DNA of 64,000 nt from Candidatus Latescibacterota bacterium (GTDB lineage Bacteria; Latescibacterota; UBA2968; UBA8231): the NCBI GenBank assembly GCA_965203355.1, contig OZ241889.1:512001-576000 (forward strand), written 5' to 3'. This document shows positions 58,326 to 64,000 of this stretch, in pieces; the stretch's first letter is position 1, and each line of letters begins with the position of its first letter. The translations under genes were made by a program, and so were the position numbers. The notes under the pieces were generated by a model that had not been told where the DNA came from, did no database searches, and saw nothing but the letters and a program-made list of their open reading frames with translations.

Positions 58326-58574
58326 ATGTCCAACAAAATAAATCAACGCAAACGAAATAGAAGCCGAACACAATGTAAAAATATCAGAGAAAATGGAAAA
58401 AGATGCGGAAACAGGACATCAAACTTTGAAGGTGCTATCTATTGTCCACGTTGTGATATAGCGTTAATGCAGAAAGATCATCCTTTATTAGACGCCTACG
58501 AATCCATTTTAGATGGCAAAAACATGAACGGGAATAGCTTTCCTACTCAGATTGTCCCCGTAATTTCAAACTGA
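58326..58574 (+). CDS. Small basic Cys-rich (putative Zn-binding) protein
   Basis: QCKNIRENGKRC...YCPRC; AT-rich, co-oriented behind the REase. Confidence 0.5.
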   Translation: MSNKINQRKRNRSRTQCKNIRENGKRCGNRTSNFEGAIYCPRCDIALMQKDHPLLDAYESILDGKNMNGNSFPTQIVPVISN

Positions 58575-59855
58575 TACACTACCCGCAATCGCCAGTACGA
58601 TAGCCACAACCGCCGGGCGGTCCAAGAACGCGAGATTCAGATCGCCCAATTCGTCAAAATACGCGGCGACGAACTGGCTTTTAGGGCGATTGATCAGACT
58701 AGTATCCAAACGTTCTTTTCGCCTTTAGCGGATGTACTGTTGAAGCGAGAAAAGGCCATCCTAGCAAATGTTGTCCCGACGACCGCGCTGACTAGTGTAT
58801 CGGGCATTAATCAGCGGAAATTGCTCGCCGACCGTTTCCAAATCGAAACCATCATCACCAGCCACGACCCGCGGCGCATCAACTTCTCCGAGAACACGAG
58901 TATTCACGAATCCCTGCTGATCGCCCGGCGTCCCGGTGAAGAGCGCCAGCCAACGCGGTTCATTTCGCTCGCCCGGATGCCGCGAGACGCCCACGAAGCC
59001 ATTTTGCTGTCGGACTTAATCAATGGGGGGAAGCCGCTCGACGATTGGGGAACGGAACACGATTGGCCGTGGCCGCGTATCCGCACAGGCGACTGGAGTG
59101 CCGCGCAGTTTTACGACGGGGTGCTAGCCCATGCGATTCAGGATCTCGAAGCACTCGCGGGTACGGGGCTTAGGCCGGCGGGCGAACTTTGCCATATCGA
59201 ACCCGGCGGGCAAAGAGTCCGCGACGCCTTCCTGCGCGACCCCGCGCCGAATGCGCCGTGGACGGCACCCATCCTCTGGGATCACGAGACGAATGTCTGC
59301 GTTTGCATGGACGCTAAGGCGGATGTCGGCGGCGCGCCCAAGAGCGGTAAAGAGACCTATGCTCGCTCTCTGACGGGAAAAGCCAGTCGGCTGCTCATCG
59401 CCAATCGGTTGTACACGCATCAGGTGCGGTTGGCAGCGTGTTATGCTGCCGAACCTTTACTCGGTTCCTCATGGTGTCCAGTGCGGCCCATCGTGCCGAA
59501 TCCCATTTTAGAACGGGCGTTATGCGCTTGGTGGAATTCTACGCCCGGTATTCTTACGCTGCTTCACTGTCGGTCAAAGAAACTTACCTATCCACGATAT
59601 GCCCTCGAATCGCTCCGCTCCCTGCTCATCCCCGATCCGAACCACGCCGATGTGTCGCCGCTCGCCGATGCCTTTGAGCAGACGCGTTCGCAAACGCTGG
59701 GGTCGTGGCCGCAGATGGCCGCGTGTCCAGTGCGCGCCGTTCTCGACCAAGCCGCAGCCCGCGTCTTGCGTATGGATGGCCGCACCTTGGCCGATTGGCG
59801 CGAGCGCATCGCCGCCGAGCCGACGGTGTCCGGGGCGGTTGTCGGTGCGAGGTGA
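58575..59855 (+). pseudogene. C-terminal half (MTase tail plus TRD-like region) of a type IIG-like RM enzyme
   Basis: Frame open for 427 codons from 58575; LANVVPTTAL, IETIITSHDPRRINFSENTSIHESLLIARR, WWNSTPG; no motif I/IV and no clear RBS/start. Confidence 0.65.
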
Positions 59856-59881
59856 GATCGCGTTCCAGCCGTTCTCCATTT

Positions 59882-59973
59882 CCCCGATCCAGTCGCCGCA
59901 CCGCCGCGGCCTCTTGTAGCTTGGGGATGCGGTTATAGCCAACGTAGCGCGTTAAGTGCCCGCGCTGCATATT
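59882..59973 (+). repeat. Right direct repeat (degenerate copy of the comM 3' end)
   Basis: Matches 56355-56479 with about 5 substitutions and a 33-bp deletion between two ACC microhomologies. Confidence 0.95.
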
Positions 59974-60012
59974 TCTTATTAGCCGTTCCCCATCACCAAA
60001 AAGGAAACGATC

Positions 60013-60942
60013 ATGGCCTCTATTCCCGATTCGCGCATTCCCTGGTACACTCCGGTCGGCGCAGTGGCCGTCGAAAAGCACACCCCAGACAAACCGCACC
60101 AAGGCAAGGTGCTGGCCGCCGTCCAAGCCCATGCCGACGACATTCCCCTTTTCTGCGCCGGCCTCGTTGCCAAGCTCATCGCCGAAGGCTACACCGCCTA
60201 TTTGATCCAGACCACCAACGACGAGAAATGCGGACCGGGGACGATGGGCGAAACCATCCTGCAGAACGAGCGCGAAGTCGAAGTGCTGGCCGGGGAGTTG
60301 GGCTTCAAACAGGTCATTCACCTCGGCTACCGCAATCACTTCCTCGACGAAGCCGCCCCCACCGAACTGCGGGCGCGGCTGGTCTTTTTGATCCGCGCCC
60401 TCAAAATCGACACCATCACCACGTTCAGCCCTTGGGGCCATTGGGAGGAAAATCCCGATCACTACGTCACCGGCCAAGCGGTCGAGGCCGCGCGCTGGAT
60501 GGCCGGCGCGGACAAGGATTATCCCGAACAACTCGCTTGCGGTATGCAGCCTCACTCGGTCAAAGACCTCTACTACTGGACCTGCCGCCCAGGACAGCCC
60601 TACAACACGATCGTCGATGTAGCGCCGCATCTCAGCGCCAAGATCGCCGCCATGAGTGCCAATAAAGCCCAAGGGCCAGCGGGTGCCCACGGTCGCCGCC
60701 TCAAGGAACGGCTGGCGCGCCAAGGCAAGCACCTGCCCGCCTTGGGCCATGACGACGAGGAAGCCGACCGCCAGTACATCCGCCTCTTTGGCCTGCAAGA
60801 GTACCAGCGCCTCGGCGCACCTTATGGCTTGCACTACGCCGAGGCGTTCTACTACATGCCGCCCGGTGGAACCTTTACCGGCGCGATGAGTGCCGCCGAG
60901 ATCGAGCGCTACGTCGCAGAACACGCCGAGGATTTGGGCTGA
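60013..60942 (+). CDS. PIG-L/LmbE family deacetylase
   Basis: VQAHADD, TNDEK, ERE, NPDH, AEAF. Confidence 0.88.
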   Translation: MASIPDSRIPWYTPVGAVAVEKHTPDKPHQGKVLAAVQAHADDIPLFCAGLVAKLIAEGYTAYLIQTTNDEKCGPGTMGETILQNEREVEVLAGELGFKQVIHLGYRNHFLDEAAPTELRARLVFLIRALKIDTITTFSPWGHWEENPDHYVTGQAVEAARWMAGADKDYPEQLACGMQPHSVKDLYYWTCRPGQPYNTIVDVAPHLSAKIAAMSANKAQGPAGAHGRRLKERLARQGKHLPALGHDDEEADRQYIRLFGLQEYQRLGAPYGLHYAEAFYYMPPGGTFTGAMSAAEIERYVAEHAEDLG

Positions 60943-61020
60943 GCAGTGCGCCCTGTTGCCGAGCAGAGACTAAGCTTACAGTCCAATAGGGCCTAAAAAA
61001 CCGACTGGGGAGAAGCCGCA

Positions 61021-61905
61021 ATGAAACTCACGACGGAACAGAAAACCGAATTCAACACCCGCGGCGTCATCATCGTCCGCGAGGCACTTACCCACGACGA
61101 CTTACAGCCAGTCATCGACGAGCTATCCTCGTGGATCGACGCACGGGCGCGGACGCTGCACGAAGAAGGCGCCATAGCAGACCTGTACGAGGACGCCCCG
61201 TTTGCCACGCGCTATGGCTTGCTGTTCAAACAGTGTCCGGCGATTGGGCACGGCATGGACATCATGCACTATCGGGGGCGGGCGATGTTCGCATTCCTTC
61301 GCAACGAAAACTTGCTCGACCTGCTCGAATCGCTGCTGGGTCCCGAGTTGACTTGCAACCCCATCCAGCACGTGCGAGCCAAGCCGCCGCAAGCCTACGA
61401 AAACCGCGAAGGCCCCTCTTTCCACAACGCGCCTTGGCACCAAGACGCTGGCGTGATGATGCCAGAAGCCGAAAGCTCTGACGTGATCACCTGCTGGCTG
61501 CCTTTGGCCGAAGCCACGGTAGAGACCGGCTGCATGGAGGTCTTGCCCGGCCTCGTCGAAACGGGCTATCTCCGGCACTTGGCAGCCGGCGGCACCACCA
61601 TCGCCCCCGAGGCCATGCCCCAAGTTGAACCCATTCCCTTGGAGTGCAAACGCGGCGATGTGGTGCTGATGAACCGCTTCACGCCCCATCGCTCGACCCC
61701 CAATTACTCCGATCAATGCCGCTGGTCCCTCGACCTGCGCTACCAACCCACGGGCCAGCCCACCGGCCGCACCGGCCATCCCGATTTTGTGGCGCGTTCC
61801 CGCCGCGCTCCTTCCAGCGAGTTGACCGACTACGAGGCATGGTGTCGCCGGTGGATCGACGCTTTTGAGCATCCCCGCGGCGTGGTCATGCACCGCGGGG
61901 AATAG
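61021..61905 (+). CDS. PhyH family Fe/2OG dioxygenase
   Basis: PWHQD (HxD), TCWLPL, GCMEVLPG, GDVVL, TPHRS, RWSLDLRY. Confidence 0.92.
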   Translation: MKLTTEQKTEFNTRGVIIVREALTHDDLQPVIDELSSWIDARARTLHEEGAIADLYEDAPFATRYGLLFKQCPAIGHGMDIMHYRGRAMFAFLRNENLLDLLESLLGPELTCNPIQHVRAKPPQAYENREGPSFHNAPWHQDAGVMMPEAESSDVITCWLPLAEATVETGCMEVLPGLVETGYLRHLAAGGTTIAPEAMPQVEPIPLECKRGDVVLMNRFTPHRSTPNYSDQCRWSLDLRYQPTGQPTGRTGHPDFVARSRRAPSSELTDYEAWCRRWIDAFEHPRGVVMHRGE

Positions 61906-62101
61906 CGCGGCGGTACGGCCCAAAACCAGCGAAATCGCCTTTAACGCCGCACTGTCGAACGCGCTGCGGACCAACGTCCACGGCGGGAAGAAAGCGCGGA
62001 TTGACGCTTCTTAAGCCGCATTAGCAATTTAGAGTATGCTGAAAGGCCGTTTCGTAGATGCTAGAGAAACTCATCCCTACATGTGAAGCGTTTGTAATCT
62101 A

Positions 62102-62126
62102 TCATGTGAAAGGAGCCTTTACATGA
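62102..62126 (+). promoter_or_regulatory. Inverted repeat covering the RBS and start codon
   Basis: TCATGT(G)AAAG-GAGC-CTTTACATGA contains AAGGAG and the ATG at 62123. Confidence 0.55.
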
Positions 62127-62563
62127 CACATGTTGAACCGCGCAGCAACGGAGGAGAGAGAGTACTTAATACCTCAGCCGTTCTTGAGCAGACTAGCCAA
62201 GGCGCACAGGAAGCTGTGCTCGCCAATGCCCTACGCGACCTTTACGAGATAAACGACGAGGCCGACGAAGAAGGGATTCAGCCACCTTCCGAATTGGCTA
62301 TCGCCAACGCAGATCGTCTGATCCGATCCATCTATGACATATTGCCACGTCAGTATCTGGTAGAGCTACTGCCAGAGGGGGTTATTGCTATCACGGTTTC
62401 CGGCGGGTTTCGGCGTTCAGTTATGTTGTTGTGCGAATCGGATGGCGGAGCACTATGCTCTGTCAACATGAACGGCCAACACCGACGCGAGCGGTATGTA
62501 CACGCGAACCAACTGCCGGATGGATTTCTACGCGAAGCCTTGAGTGAACTGGGGCAGGAGTAG
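62123..62563 (+). CDS. Hypothetical acidic protein (possible antitoxin/immunity partner)
   Basis: 146 aa, AAGGAG RBS; EEGIQPPSELAIANADRL...LLPEGVIAI. Confidence 0.7.
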   Translation: MTHVEPRSNGGERVLNTSAVLEQTSQGAQEAVLANALRDLYEINDEADEEGIQPPSELAIANADRLIRSIYDILPRQYLVELLPEGVIAITVSGGFRRSVMLLCESDGGALCSVNMNGQHRRERYVHANQLPDGFLREALSELGQE

Positions 62564-62568
62564 GCTGG

Positions 62569-62992
62569 TTGGCTCGCACGAGCCTCCCTCAGAGCATATC
62601 TCCAGACGAGACTTTGGGGCGAGGCGTATTTTCAAGCAAACAGGCACGCCAAGCTAAAAGCGGAACAATGCCCCGCCATGTATTTCTCGAAAGGCGGGGG
62701 AAAGTAGAAATCTCCGTTGACCGGCTTGATTTCGCGGGGCCCGAAGAGATGGCGACGCTTGGTGCCGAGGTCGCAGTTGGCCGTAGTCGAGATAGAGACC
62801 ATGCGGTCACATTTTATGGCTGGGCCATCATTACCGCTGAAGACGCGAGAAGCAATGGGCGGCGGGTGGTTGCCACTCCACAAGCCGGGAATCCATACCA
62901 TACAGACATTAGCCACGCACCGCGACGAACAAATTCGTCTCGCCCAAGAGCTGGCAGATGCTTCCTTATGGCGTGAGCACCCAAACTCCTGA
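62569..62992 (+). pseudogene. Hypothetical toxin-like protein, apparently frameshifted near 62911
   Basis: ETLGRGVF...EISVDRL...FYGWA...NPYHTDI; a plausible helical tail ATHRDEQIRLAQELADASLWREHPNS lies in the +1 frame. Confidence 0.55.
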
Positions 62993-63125
62993 CTCTGACC
63001 CTTCGCGGATGGACTCACGCAAGCCCTAGGCGGCTCCGCCGACCGCCGCACAAGAGCTTGACCACGCAGGCCGATTGCCTTAACTCACTCTAGGCTGCCA
63101 ACGCAAACCGAAAGACAGGTGCAAA

Positions 63126-64000
63126 GTGGACCTAGACGAATTGCTCCGCGACGTGGACCTAGACGAAATGCTGCGCCTCTACGATGAGGCGGCTGAGGAG
63201 CTGATGCAGGTCGCCATCAGCGACGGCCACTTTGCTGCCCACAATCCAAGTGAAATCACCTGGCCAGTAGGCCGCGACCTCGACGCGCTCGTGCGCCGCG
63301 CCGAACTGATCGACGCCATTCACGAAGGCATCCCCCCGCTCCGCGACAAGCGCCTGCAAGAAGCATACGACCATTGCGAACGCATCGGCCCGGCCTACCA
63401 CCAAGCGAACCGCCTCTACCTAGCAACGCGCCAGCTCTTTGTCGAGCGCGGGCGCGGCGACGCACTCGATTTCCACGCGCTCTATCAATCGGTCTATATA
63501 CGCGCTTTGGGCCGCGACGATCCCTATACCCCGGACGAAGGCGAGGCCGCCCTCGTCGAGTTGCGAGTCGCCCGCGTACCGCTGTCCCACGCCCACGCTG
63601 TCGCCGAGAAGTTGCAAGCCGGTGCGGCACAAAAAGAGCCGGCGACCGAATGGACCGACGATCCGCGCTTGGCCGAGCACTACGCCTGCGAAATCGACCG
63701 AGTGCGCCACGCCGGGACGTTGCGCGACCTGCTTGGCGAGGTGGCCGAGCGCGTCGTCGATTACCTCGCGGCTGGCGAGCACCTCGCCATCCGCTTCAAT
63801 ACCTATAGCAACTTCATCTATCTCGGCATCTCGGTGTGGAAAGCCATCACGGACGCCGACGTGCTCTTGGCCCGCCTTGAGGGACGGGTGCGCGCCCAAT
63901 GGCACCAAAAGCTGTGCAAGCTGGTCCTGCTGGGTAAGGGCATGCTGCTCAAGTTCCTCCAAGCCCACTCCGAAGACCCCGCCCAAATCAAGCCGAAGGA
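63126..64000 (+). CDS. Hypothetical helical protein, runs off the right edge
   Basis: Not in the ORF track; open from GTG 63126 (MDLDELLRDVDLDEMLRLYDEAAEELMQVAISDGHF...) with host-like codon usage. Confidence 0.75.
   Translation, partial: MDLDELLRDVDLDEMLRLYDEAAEELMQVAISDGHFAAHNPSEITWPVGRDLDALVRRAELIDAIHEGIPPLRDKRLQEAYDHCERIGPAYHQANRLYLATRQLFVERGRGDALDFHALYQSVYIRALGRDDPYTPDEGEAALVELRVARVPLSHAHAVAEKLQAGAAQKEPATEWTDDPRLAEHYACEIDRVRHAGTLRDLLGEVAERVVDYLAAGEHLAIRFNTYSNFIYLGISVWKAITDADVLLARLEGRVRAQWHQKLCKLVLLGKGMLLKFLQAHSEDPAQIKPK

Larger units (their letters stand above)
56480..59881. mobile_element. Integrase-less RM island bounded by direct repeats
   Basis: Flanking direct repeats; RM-related content; AT-rich core from about 56700 to 58570. 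Confidence 0.75.

Noticed and set aside
58572-58574. TGA readthrough or selenocysteine fusing the Cys-rich ORF to the type IIG remnant
   Set aside because: No SECIS-like hairpin recognised, composition changes at this junction, and same-frame adjacency has a 1-in-3 chance

Overview
High-GC bacterial chromosomal window, mostly metabolic genes: sugar/amino-acid catabolism (Gfo/Idh/MocA, AKR, SDR, ROK, SIS, GH13, enolase family), five PhyH-type Fe/2OG dioxygenases, housekeeping genes (hrpA, topB, tag, comM/yifB, rpoZ-like, nfeD-nfeD-floA, a CdaA-YbbR diadenylate cyclase) and one tRNA-Leu(CAA). The PhyH expansion, secreted FlgD-Ig-tailed proteins and many RM genes suggest a Latescibacterota/Gemmatimonadota-like, possibly sponge-associated organism (inference only). 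Several lower-GC inserts lie in this backbone with no integrase or transposase in the window: an ABC-2 exporter/HAD block, an orphan PD-(D/E)xK nuclease, an EcoRV-like RM pair that truncates the gene before it, and a ~3.4 kb island bounded by a direct repeat of the comM 3' end, in which a type IIG-like RM gene is split by an Eco47II-family REase/beta-class MTase cassette. Other points of note: a PhyH protein with a halogenase-like HxG motif, a sigma54-preceded tandem-repeat coiled-coil membrane protein, a solo attC-like site, an unannotated TA-like gene pair with a hairpin over its RBS/start, frequent CTAG, and many gene remnants. No CRISPR array or rRNA was seen. All family calls come from motif recognition by eye, not from database searches.
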